IMG/VR virus record: IMGVR_UViG_3300046723_000260
Coordinates: 1-64,000 of that record
Strand: one strand, 5' to 3'
Origin: a virus
DNA: 64,000 nucleotides
Shown here: positions 45,101 through 53,092 of the stretch, piece by piece
Layout of the letters: each line of letters begins with the position of its first letter
How positions within the stretch are numbered: the stretch's first letter is position 1
Translations under genes and position numbers: made by a program
The notes under the pieces: model-generated
Databases searched by the model: none
Told to the model about the DNA's origin: nothing
The model's input: only the letters and a program-made list of their open reading frames with translations

Positions 45101-47197
45101 TCGACGACGCGCTACTACCACGCCGAGCGCGAGGGCGGCGACCCGTCGCAGCACGACGACGAGAGCGAGGGCGTCGTGCTGGTCCCGGAGAGCAAGGCGG
45201 CGGGCTTCCTCAACCGCAAGCGCGACCAGGCGGTGCTGGCGCACGACGAGGCGAACTTCGAGGAGAGCAAGCACCCGCGCGACGCGGAGGGCAAGTTCGC
45301 CACGACCGCGGGAGGCGGCGGCGGGCCGAAGGAGTTCGCGAAGGAGCTGAAGAAGATCGTCGGCAAGCACGGCGAGGGCGGCTCGTTCGAGAGCGCCGAG
45401 AAGAAGGCGGTCGCCGCGCTGAAGAACAACGTCGGCGAGGAAGATCTGGAGGCGGCGCTGTCGCCGGTCGAGGCGCACGAGCTGAAGAAGGCGCACGGCG
45501 GCTCGCTCGCCAAGGCGATGCAGAACCTGGCCGAGGAACACGGCATCGGCGGGGAATCGCTCGCGGAGGAGCCTGATGATGAGGAGGAGGGCTCCCTCTC
45601 CGCGAAGCAGATCGAGGATCTCCCGCTGCTCGGCAAGGCGATGCAGTTCGTCCACGGCGGCGGGGTACCGCTGACGAACGCCGAAGCGACGACTTTGGCG
45701 AGCGAGATGGGAATGGAGATGCAGGACGTGTGGGACATGGTCGAAACGACCCCGCCCGATCTTACGCCATCGCTGGAAACGAAAGCTCCGGCGGCGACCT
45801 CTAGCGGCGGCAAGAAGACCGCGTTCGGCGGCCTGTGGAAGGTCGGCGTCGGTGCGCCGGGATCGGCCGAGGAGTTCGGCCACAACGTCGGGCACGTCCT
45901 CGGGAAGCCGACCAACGCGGGCTCGACCTACCGCACGATGCTCGGCTTCATGATGAAGAACGCCGCGAAGCACGGCATGCCCGAGATGGCCGAGAAGCTG
46001 AAGGACAAGCTCGGCGAGGCGTTCTTCCTGGCCGGCAACAAGGCGGCGCAGCAAGGCGAGGGCGCGGCCGCGGCGAAGGCGTTCAAGAAGGCGGCCGAGT
46101 TGGGATACCTCGGCGGCTCGCCGGCGGCGCCGCTCCTCGCACCCGCCGAGAAGGCGGTCGCGGCGGCGGCGAAGGCTCCGACCCCGAAGGCCGCGGCGAA
46201 GGCGGCGGAGGAGGTCAAGCCGAGCAGCTTCCCGGCCCCGACGGCGCAGGAGCTGGAGAAGGCGAAGAAGTCGGTGCAGCTCCAGTCCGCGTACGTGCCG
46301 GGCTTCAACGAGCTGCAGCAGATGAACGGGGCGATGACCGTGGTCCCGGAGGTGAACAAGCTCGTCAACGAGTTCAACGCCAAGTACGAGGGCAAGACGC
46401 TGACCGACGCCGGCGCGCTGGCGCAGAAGGTCAACGACTTCAAGACGCTCGGGGCGAAGGTCGCGGCGCTGAAGGCTTACGTGCAGCAGAACCAGACCGA
46501 GCTGCAAAAGAAGCAGGCGGCGAAGCAGAAGGAGGCGGCGGCCGAGCAGGCGAAGAAGGCCGCGGCGGAGAAGGAGAAGCTCAAGGCGCAGCACGCCGAG
46601 GTCACGAAGGAGCTCGGCATCACCGAGCCGGCCGAGCTGGAAGCCTTCGACGCGTTCGTCGACCACTTCGGCGGCACGAAGAACGCGCTCGACAAGTTCA
46701 AGTCGTGGACGGCGGAGGCGCAATACGCGGCGGCGAAGAACCCCGGCCACGGCTTCGAGAAGCTCTCCGGCTTCGAGATGGGCTGCATCAAGGCGTACAC
46801 CGGGCCGCAGTCCGGCTGGATCAACACGGCGATCCGCGACGACGCGATGACGCCGGCGCAGTTCATGTTCGAGAAGGTCCTCAACGCCGCGATCGACAAG
46901 CTGCCGAAGCAGACCAAGCCGACGAAGCGCGGACTCTCGCTCGACGCGGCGACGCAGGGGAAGCTCAAGCCCGGCGTGATCTGGACGCACCGCAACTTCG
47001 CGAGCAGCAGCTCGAGCGGATGGGGCGGCAACACCAAGCTGCACATCACGACCAGCGGCAAGGGCGGCGCATACGTCGACCCGATCTCGTCCCACAAGGG
47101 CGAGGACGAGACGCTGTTTAAGAGCAACCTGAAGCTCTATATTGAGAAGGTCGAGAACAAGGGCGGCGTGCTGCAGGTTTATTGCAAAGAGATGTGA
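42113..47197 (+). CDS. Portal protein (DUF1073-type) fused to kinase-like, Nudix and ADP-ribosyltransferase domains
   Basis: Portal F.GYP.L.EL.Q..EYR, IHASR, P.Y.FGGLS and IP.VK..G..P.GLNASSEGE; then GSNPGG..YVK..NE/NWD..DN..D.G kinase-like; Nudix box GGLEKGLSLQANAIKETWEESGL; ART YT..IN..R, KRG, FASSS and EDE. Confidence 0.9.
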   Translation: MGWGGARPGAGRKKPKAPATPPLKPKPTPEMREAERRSVAAMHEMIEASRAAASSAREKQAHLNPFAIRPDLFPPPAVPKAKGMRLAMDDATNWASNAWAASGAVLGAAQEGLMFLGYPYLSELAQRPEYRTFAETIATEATRKWIKLKGSKAEEEAEEKGATPEQAQDEQAEADDKNDKIKDLEGYLNQLQVRDHYAKIALHDGLFGRSHLYYDFGTDLGDDELKTPIGNGRDELTKAKVTTGSLKRLSVIEPVWTYPTTYNASNPLAPDWYNPQVWYVLGREIHASRIPRFVSREVPDILKPAYSFGGLSLTQLAKPYVDIWLTTRASVGQLIHAFSVMVLMTDLESILQPGIATSLLARVNLFNALRDNQGTFVLNKETEEFKNVSAPLSGLHELQAQAQEHMMSVARIPAVKFTGMQPQGLNASSEGEIRAFYDTIEAFQNAFFRPKLNTTLDFAMISLWGARDEEIVYDFEPLWALSEKEKGELRKADAETDQIRIDTGVVSSEEVRAKVAADPDSGFDNLDPNDVPDLLEEEAQGLQPEGGRPQPIAQGDPTGEVSEGGGANDAVVPFGGGADEAGFEESKHPRDDGGKFTSGSGGGKGVPHAPQFGLQHGKFTAPGGGSSSSSWFTGFGAKKTNVGEPIDVSKMKKVGAQMGSNPGGVFEGEGGEKFYVKRGKSKAHVRNEMVAAALYDLAGTPTLKYRPVEGGEHVATEMAKLDKDNAAKLSKAERAEAARDFAVHAWLANWDAVGTGGDNLGTVRGVPTALDLGGALEFRAQGAPKGKAFGTKVGELDTLRDGSNHDAAKMFGDMTPAQMRESARYVAAIGDQKIKDAVEKNGGDAALAEKLIKRRDDIAERMKTFGEDGDPESPDGTMVVPAGGKMPIKKLNGVAFKPWRPPADWAAVDGQAEIDEPEFFVTPGKRASTGVIVREADGRVWLIQPRNGYGGYEGTFPKGGLEKGLSLQANAIKETWEESGLKVKITGFAGDHEGDASTTRYYHAEREGGDPSQHDDESEGVVLVPESKAAGFLNRKRDQAVLAHDEANFEESKHPRDAEGKFATTAGGGGGPKEFAKELKKIVGKHGEGGSFESAEKKAVAALKNNVGEEDLEAALSPVEAHELKKAHGGSLAKAMQNLAEEHGIGGESLAEEPDDEEEGSLSAKQIEDLPLLGKAMQFVHGGGVPLTNAEATTLASEMGMEMQDVWDMVETTPPDLTPSLETKAPAATSSGGKKTAFGGLWKVGVGAPGSAEEFGHNVGHVLGKPTNAGSTYRTMLGFMMKNAAKHGMPEMAEKLKDKLGEAFFLAGNKAAQQGEGAAAAKAFKKAAELGYLGGSPAAPLLAPAEKAVAAAAKAPTPKAAAKAAEEVKPSSFPAPTAQELEKAKKSVQLQSAYVPGFNELQQMNGAMTVVPEVNKLVNEFNAKYEGKTLTDAGALAQKVNDFKTLGAKVAALKAYVQQNQTELQKKQAAKQKEAAAEQAKKAAAEKEKLKAQHAEVTKELGITEPAELEAFDAFVDHFGGTKNALDKFKSWTAEAQYAAAKNPGHGFEKLSGFEMGCIKAYTGPQSGWINTAIRDDAMTPAQFMFEKVLNAAIDKLPKQTKPTKRGLSLDAATQGKLKPGVIWTHRNFASSSSSGWGGNTKLHITTSGKGGAYVDPISSHKGEDETLFKSNLKLYIEKVENKGGVLQVYCKEM

Positions 47198-47199
47198 CG

Positions 47200-47523
47200 A
47201 TGGTCGAGCGAATCGACGCCACGCAGATGCTCCTGACGCCGGAGGAGGCCGCGCAGTTCGACGCGCAGGCCGCGGCGCAGGCGAGCGGATCCGCGAGCAA
47301 GGCCGAGGCGCGCTACCAGAACGAGCCGCGCGGCGAGGAGAGGTGCGACAAGTGCTCGATGTTCGTCGCGGGCTTCCCCACGGACCCCGGCGGCTTCTGC
47401 ACGAAGGTCACGTCGTTCCGCGGCGGCCCGCTCGGCACGATCTTCGCGGACGGCTGGTGCAGGTTCTTCGAGCCGGACCCGCTCGCGGAGGAGCAGCCCG
47501 AGGACTTCGCGGACTTGAAATGA
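47200..47523 (+). CDS. HiPIP-like (high-potential Fe-S) protein lacking a Tat signal
   Basis: SKAEARYQ.EP.G..RCDKCSMF...C.KV...G.I..DGWC.FF. Confidence 0.7.
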   Translation: MVERIDATQMLLTPEEAAQFDAQAAAQASGSASKAEARYQNEPRGEERCDKCSMFVAGFPTDPGGFCTKVTSFRGGPLGTIFADGWCRFFEPDPLAEEQPEDFADLK

Positions 47524-48305
47524 TCGCCAAGTCGGCCGCGCGCGCGATTCGCCCGAACGCCGGGATCGAGGCGGCGTACCGCAAGCGGCTCCGCCTCCTG
47601 CTGGAGGAGATGCGGCGCTCGGTCGAGCACTGGATCGAGGCCGCCTACCGGGACAACCCGCCGATCGCGATGGACTCGCCGGCCTCCGACCTCGACCGCG
47701 AGATGCGAAGGCTGTCGCGGCAATGGCGGCGGCGGTTCAACGAGGCTGCGCCGGAGATCGCGGCGCTGTTCGCGAGGCGCGCGCGAGGAGGAGCCGACGC
47801 GACGCTGCTGCGGATGCTCAAGCAGGCCGGCTTCACGGTCCCGTTCCGGATGACCAAGGGCATGCGCGACGTGGTCGACGCGACGGTCGCGGAGAACGTC
47901 TCGCTGATCCGCTCGATCCCGGAGAAGTACCTCGGCGACGTCCAGACGTCGGTGATGCAGAGCGTCAAGGCCGGCCGCGACCTCGCGACGCTGTCGAAGG
48001 ACCTTCGCAAGAACTACGGCGTGAGCTACCGGCGCGCGGCGCTGATCGCCCGCGACCAGAACAACAAGGCCACGAGCGCGCTGATGCGGGTCCGCCAGGT
48101 CGACCTCGGGCTCGAGAAGGGCGTGTGGCTGCACTCGCACGCCGGCAAGGAGCCGCGGCCGACCCACCTCGCCAACCACGGCAAGAAGTTCGACCTCAAG
48201 GAGGGCTGGTTCGACCCCGACCCGCGCGTCCGCAAGCGCATCCTGCCCGGCGAGCTGATCAACTGCCGCTGCGTCTGGAAGCCCGTCGTCCCGGGGCTGA
48301 CGTGA
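47520..48305 (+). CDS. MuF/SPP1 gp7 minor head protein (short form)
   Basis: ENV.LI.SIP, RA.LIARDQ..K, W.HS...PRP.H and PGELINCRC motifs. Confidence 0.9.
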   Translation: MIAKSAARAIRPNAGIEAAYRKRLRLLLEEMRRSVEHWIEAAYRDNPPIAMDSPASDLDREMRRLSRQWRRRFNEAAPEIAALFARRARGGADATLLRMLKQAGFTVPFRMTKGMRDVVDATVAENVSLIRSIPEKYLGDVQTSVMQSVKAGRDLATLSKDLRKNYGVSYRRAALIARDQNNKATSALMRVRQVDLGLEKGVWLHSHAGKEPRPTHLANHGKKFDLKEGWFDPDPRVRKRILPGELINCRCVWKPVVPGLT

Positions 48306-48496
48306 CCTCCGTCCTCCACATGAACCTGCTGCGGTTCCGGTGCGCCTACGCCCCCGGATTCCTCGGCGTGAGCGAGGAGGAGATCGACGCGATGAAGCGC
48401 GGCGCGCTGCCGGCGGAGCGCGTCGCCGAGATCGTCAAGGTCGCGGAAGTCGCCGCCGAGGGGCTGCGCGAGTCGCCCGTCCAGGGGACGTGCTGA
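48302..48496 (+). CDS. Small hypothetical
   Basis: GTGA overlap. Confidence 0.35.
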   Translation: MTSVLHMNLLRFRCAYAPGFLGVSEEEIDAMKRGALPAERVAEIVKVAEVAAEGLRESPVQGTC

Positions 48497-48576
48497 CGCG
48501 GCGGCGTGACAGGTCGCGGCTTTGATGTTAAAGACTCAGCCATCGAATCGGCCTTCGCGATCCTGGGGAGAGCTTC

Positions 48577-49053
48577 ATGTCGAATTTTTCCGGTCCGCTT
48601 TTGGTTGGCACGGTCGCGGGCACCTACAAGAGCGCGGGCGTCCTCGCCGCGGCGGGCCGCCGCGCGATGGTCTACGAGGCCGAGTTCGGCCAGACCGCGG
48701 CGCTGGCCTCGACCGACTGCCAATGCCAGTGGGACCTTTCCCGGATCGCCAGCACCAACACGATGGCCGCGACCGCGGTGGCGATGAACCTTCTGGACCC
48801 CGCCGACATCGCCGCGACGACGCTGTTCTACAACACCGTGACCACCGAGCCGCCGAACATCACGACCGTCGGCCTCGGCCTCAACCTGAAGAACTGGGCG
48901 ATCAACCAGCGCGGAAGCTACCGCTGGCGCGCGCTCGACGACGGCGACAACATCATCGTCGCCTCCGGCGCCTCGCAGGGCCTCGCGCTCCGGGTGCTGT
49001 CCTCGAACTTCACCGGCTCCGCGGTCGGGACGTTGAGCATCATCGAGCGGTGA
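48577..49053 (+). CDS. Putative virion beta-sandwich protein
   Basis: Thr/Ala-rich, NQRGSYRW; GGAG RBS. Confidence 0.55.
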   Translation: MSNFSGPLLVGTVAGTYKSAGVLAAAGRRAMVYEAEFGQTAALASTDCQCQWDLSRIASTNTMAATAVAMNLLDPADIAATTLFYNTVTTEPPNITTVGLGLNLKNWAINQRGSYRWRALDDGDNIIVASGASQGLALRVLSSNFTGSAVGTLSIIER

Positions 49054-49057
49054 TCGC

Positions 49058-49357
49058 TTGCCTCGGCTCGTAAGGCTGAAGCCGGGAGCGGTCTCCCAAT
49101 ACTTCGACGAGCCCGGCCAGTCCGGCCGGGTTCGCGAGATCCACTCCTCGACCTGCTCGCACTGCCAGCACATGACCGAGTTTCCGTCGATGCGGCGGAT
49201 GATGGAGTTCGTCGAGATCTGCCGCGGCTGCATGAAGCTGATCTGCCTCGGCTGCGTCGGGAAGCCCTGCGTCCCCTTCGAGAAACGTGTGGACATCAAG
49301 GAGCGGGAGGACGAGCTCCACGCGAAACTCGTGCGCGAGGGCTGGCGCTGCTATTAG
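49058..49357 (+). CDS. Cys-rich zinc-binding protein
   Basis: CSHC, CRGC..ICLGC...C. Confidence 0.6.
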   Translation: MPRLVRLKPGAVSQYFDEPGQSGRVREIHSSTCSHCQHMTEFPSMRRMMEFVEICRGCMKLICLGCVGKPCVPFEKRVDIKEREDELHAKLVREGWRCY

Positions 49358-49399
49358 AATGCCCCCCGATATTCTTTTCCACGCGAGGGCAAACATTCC

Positions 49400-49981
49400 A
49401 TGTCGACCTGCGACCACTGCGCGCTCTGGCTGGTGCGCCGAGAGACCGGCTACGACGGCGGCGAGATCGTCGTCACCTGGTTCGACCCCGACGGCCGCGG
49501 CAAGTGCCTGGGACCGCTCAAGGGCGTCCTGACCGAGCCGGAGTTCGGCTGCAACTCGTTCCAGGATGGCGGTCCGCTGATCGAGACCTCCCGCAAGGGC
49601 GGCCACCCGTGGCAGCACGCGACGCCGATCCCGTGCCCCGACTGCCGCAAGCCCGGCTGCGGCTTCGTCGCGCCCGGCGAATGCACGGCGATCGGCTGCC
49701 CCGGGACCGACAAGTGCCTCGGGCTCGGCAGCGCCAACGACGGGGCCGACGGCCGCTGCGTCGGCACCGGGACCGTGCTGCGCTACGACGACGGCTTCGT
49801 CGGCGACAACCGCACGAAGAAGCACCCGAAGGAATCGGAGCGGGTCGAGCCGAGGTCGTGCCAGCGGTGCGCCAGGCCGGTCGAGACGACGTGGCTGCAC
49901 TGCCCCCACTGCGGGCAGAACCTGCACGAGGAGGGGAAGACCGAGGTCCTCAACGACGTCCTGACCGGAGGCATCACGTGA
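49400..49981 (+). CDS. Cys-rich zinc-ribbon protein
   Basis: Multiple CxxC pairs, C-terminal CQRC...CPHCG. Confidence 0.6.
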   Translation: MSTCDHCALWLVRRETGYDGGEIVVTWFDPDGRGKCLGPLKGVLTEPEFGCNSFQDGGPLIETSRKGGHPWQHATPIPCPDCRKPGCGFVAPGECTAIGCPGTDKCLGLGSANDGADGRCVGTGTVLRYDDGFVGDNRTKKHPKESERVEPRSCQRCARPVETTWLHCPHCGQNLHEEGKTEVLNDVLTGGIT

Positions 49982-52320
49982 GAAGCGAGCACTTCTGGAG
50001 CTGGTTCGACGGCCACGCGGTGCCGCGGCTCAAGGGCGGCAACCCGCAGATGAACCGGGTCAACACGTTCCGGGCGATGTTCGAGCACCTCGACGGCTTC
50101 GAGGAGCCGCTGATCGTCGAGACCGGCTGCATCGAGGAGCCGGACAACTGGGTCGGCAACGGCTGCTCGACCATCATGTTCGACAAGTACGCGGACTTCG
50201 CCGGCGGCTTCGTCAGGTCGGTCGACATCGACCGGGGGAAGGCTTCGCGGGCCAACGCGCTGACCGGCGAGCGCACGACCGTCGCCTGCGCCGACAGCGT
50301 CGCGTTCTTGAAGGCGCTGGGCGCGCAGCCGGAAATTCCGGCGCTGGTCTACCTCGACGCGTCGCACCTCAACTGGCAGGTCGAGACCGAGGCGCAGGTC
50401 CACCACTTCCTGGAGCTGAAGGCGATCTGGCCGCGGCTGGCGCCCGACACGATGGTCGCGGTCGACGACAGCCCGGCGATCCTCGACGAGAACGGCCGGC
50501 TGATCATCTGCGGCAAGGGCGGGCTCGTCGCCCGGCACGCCGGCGAGGTCGGCGCGGCGCTGGCGTTCACCGAGTACCAGAGCGGCTGGACCGGCTTCCC
50601 CGGCTCGCCGGAGCGCACCGACGAGGCGGCCGAGGAGATCCTCGGGCGCGCGCGGTGGCTCCTGGAGAACGGCGAGTGGGCGAAGGCGCACCCGCTCTAC
50701 CGCTCGGTCCTGGTCCGCACCCCGCCGCCCTGGAACGGCGTCCAGCGCGTCATGCACGGCGAGGCTTGCGCGTTCTTCGCGCGGCTCGCGCTCCAGCACG
50801 AGCGGCCCGGCGCCGCGTTCGACTGGTTCAAGCGGGCGCTGGAGGCCGACCCGATGGCGGCCGACTACCGCGTCGAGCTGGTCAACAAGGCGATGCTGCC
50901 GCTCGGCATGACCGGCGCGGCGAAGTCGGAGGCCGAGCGGGCGACCAAGATCGAGCCGTCGAACCAGTACGCCTGGCGGACGCTCGGCCTGGTCGAGGGA
51001 AGGCTGAACAACGCGGCGAAGAGCCTCGCCGCGCACGAGGAGCAGGCGCGGCTGACCGGGCGGTCGACCGTGGCGCTGCTCGACGTGGTCGCGACGCTCG
51101 TCGACGTCGAGCGGTACGAGGAGGCGGCGACGCTGCTCAACGAGGTCGAGGCGCGCGACCCGAACGACGCGATGATGGGCGACGTCCGGCAGTGCCAGGC
51201 GATGATCCTGGCGCGGCACGGCGACCACGAGGCGGCGATCCAGCTCTTCGAGGACGCGATCGAGATCGGCTGCTGCGACCCGACGCTCTGCCACTTCCAC
51301 CTCTCGCTGTCGCTGCACTCGATCGGGCGCTACCGCGAGGGCTGGGCGCACCACTCGATGCGGGCGAAGAACGCGAGCGACCCGGCGCTGTTCGTGCCGA
51401 TGCGGCGGTTCGACCGGCCGCTCTTCACGCTCGACGCGCCGCCGTCGACGGTCCACGTCCACGCCGAGGCGGGAGCGGGCGACAACATCGCGATGCTGCG
51501 CTACCTGCCGCTGCTCCGGGAGATGGGCCACAAGGTCCGCTACGAGTGCCGCGACGAGCTGCTCGAGCTGGCGCGCTTCAGCCTGCCCGGCGTCGAGGTC
51601 GTGCCGATGGCGAAGGACTACCCCGGCAGCCTGGGGCTGCGGGACTTCGACCTGCACTGCCCGGTCGGCGAGCTGCCGCACGCGTTCGGGACCGAGGTCG
51701 ACACGGTGCCGTGGAGCGGTCCGTACCTCTCGGCCGACCCGGGGTGGGCCGAGCGGTTCGCCGAGCACAAGGGCAAGATCGGCCTCGCGTGGTCGTCCGG
51801 CATCCGCCCGGAGGGCATCTGGCTCAAGCGGTACGGCGAGCTGAAGTCGCTGAAGTTCAGGGACGTCGGTCGGCTGCTTTGGCAGGGCGACGGGTGGACC
51901 AAGCGGGCGTGGGAGAGGATGGTGTCGCTCCAGGTCGGATCGGGCCGCGAGGAGAACGACAAGCTGCTCCTCGCCGACGTGCTGAGCGAGAGCCCGACGT
52001 GGGCGGAGACCGCGGGGCTGCTCGCGAACCTCGACCTCGTCATCACGCCGGACACCGGGCTCGCGCACCTCGCCGGCGCGATGGGCAAGCGCACGATCCT
52101 GCTGATGCACTGCCACAACAGCGGCTGGCACTTCATGTGCGAGCGGCCCGGCGCGTTTTGGAACGAGCGCAGTCCGTGGTATCCGAGCGTCACCGTCGTC
52201 CGCCAGCGCGAATCGGGGCGGTGGGACGACGTCGTCGATCGCGCGCTCGGGATGGTCGAGCTGTGGGAGCGGACGCATGACCACGCAGAGGTGGCGGAGC
52301 CGGCGGGACCGGGAGCCTGA
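49978..52320 (+). CDS. Class I SAM methyltransferase + TPR + GT9-like glycosyltransferase fusion
   Basis: IVETG, SVDID, DSV.FL, YLD, VDD, GKG (MTase); TPR helices; E.G.GD.I...RY.P, GLAWS and LDLVITPDT..AHLAGAMGK, SPWYPS (GT9-like). Confidence 0.85.
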   Translation: MRSEHFWSWFDGHAVPRLKGGNPQMNRVNTFRAMFEHLDGFEEPLIVETGCIEEPDNWVGNGCSTIMFDKYADFAGGFVRSVDIDRGKASRANALTGERTTVACADSVAFLKALGAQPEIPALVYLDASHLNWQVETEAQVHHFLELKAIWPRLAPDTMVAVDDSPAILDENGRLIICGKGGLVARHAGEVGAALAFTEYQSGWTGFPGSPERTDEAAEEILGRARWLLENGEWAKAHPLYRSVLVRTPPPWNGVQRVMHGEACAFFARLALQHERPGAAFDWFKRALEADPMAADYRVELVNKAMLPLGMTGAAKSEAERATKIEPSNQYAWRTLGLVEGRLNNAAKSLAAHEEQARLTGRSTVALLDVVATLVDVERYEEAATLLNEVEARDPNDAMMGDVRQCQAMILARHGDHEAAIQLFEDAIEIGCCDPTLCHFHLSLSLHSIGRYREGWAHHSMRAKNASDPALFVPMRRFDRPLFTLDAPPSTVHVHAEAGAGDNIAMLRYLPLLREMGHKVRYECRDELLELARFSLPGVEVVPMAKDYPGSLGLRDFDLHCPVGELPHAFGTEVDTVPWSGPYLSADPGWAERFAEHKGKIGLAWSSGIRPEGIWLKRYGELKSLKFRDVGRLLWQGDGWTKRAWERMVSLQVGSGREENDKLLLADVLSESPTWAETAGLLANLDLVITPDTGLAHLAGAMGKRTILLMHCHNSGWHFMCERPGAFWNERSPWYPSVTVVRQRESGRWDDVVDRALGMVELWERTHDHAEVAEPAGPGA

Positions 52321-52417
52321 CCGGCGGGAGCTCCGCGAGATCGCCGAGAGCCCGCACAACCGGCGGCTCAACGCCGAGCTGATGCGCGCGCTGCGGCGCA
52401 AGAAGCGGAGGCGGTGA
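52277..52417 (+). CDS. Small Arg-rich peptide
   Basis: GGAG RBS; MTTQRWRSRRDREPDRRELREIAE...RRKKRRR. Confidence 0.35.
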   Translation: MTTQRWRSRRDREPDRRELREIAESPHNRRLNAELMRALRRKKRRR

Positions 52418-52423
52418 GGTGCG

Positions 52424-53092
52424 ATGCCCCTGGTCGACTCCAACCAAGCCTCGCTCTGGGACGGCAGCAGCGACCTCTCGCTCTATCGCGCCTGGGTCAA
52501 CAACCTGCCGGTCGGCTACCAGCGGATGGCCGACGGCAGCAGCCCGTTCATCGGCAACGACGCGAAGGCGCTGATCGCGGCGCTGGAGAGCCGCGGCCTG
52601 CTCAAGACGCACCGGCTCGTGCTGATCGGCGCGGGCTTCGGCTTCGTCCACGACGAGTTCCTCGCGGCGGGTTATGGGCCGACCGCCGACGGCACGGCGA
52701 ACGGCAAGCTGCTGAGCGTCGACACCTCGACCTACATCCAGGCCAACCTCAATGGCAACGCGCGCGTCCCGATCCTGAACGCCGACGTGAACGCGGCGAC
52801 CGGGCGCCGGACGGTGCGCCAGCAGTTCGGCAGCAACAACGCCGCGGTCGACTGGATCGTCACCGAGGACGTGCTCGGCACGCTGATCGGCGCCGGGCCG
52901 ACGCCGGGCGGCAACAACGAGATCGTGCCGCTCTGCCAGAACCTCCGCACATTCACCGCCAACGTCGCGCACTGGATCAGCCCGCTGACGGCGAGCAGCG
53001 ACCCGCGCCTCAACTGGAAGGCGATGAGCGAGTGGAAAGCCTGGGTCGCGCCTGACCTGGTGATCCAGCGCGGCACCTCGGCGGTGCTGTAA
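52424..53092 (+). CDS. Methyltransferase-fold protein
   Basis: VLIGAGFGF, VD.S.Y, ADV and DWIVTEDVL resemble class I SAM motifs. Confidence 0.45.
   Translation: MPLVDSNQASLWDGSSDLSLYRAWVNNLPVGYQRMADGSSPFIGNDAKALIAALESRGLLKTHRLVLIGAGFGFVHDEFLAAGYGPTADGTANGKLLSVDTSTYIQANLNGNARVPILNADVNAATGRRTVRQQFGSNNAAVDWIVTEDVLGTLIGAGPTPGGNNEIVPLCQNLRTFTANVAHWISPLTASSDPRLNWKAMSEWKAWVAPDLVIQRGTSAVL

Noticed and set aside
42032-47095. 1687-aa minus-strand ORF (and similar long antisense ORFs at 53740-57444, 49783-52443, 57909-60380, 28897-31323, 39929-41959)
   Set aside because: Shadow frames of high-GC genes: Arg/Leu/Gly-rich, no motifs, lying opposite clearly recognisable plus-strand genes.
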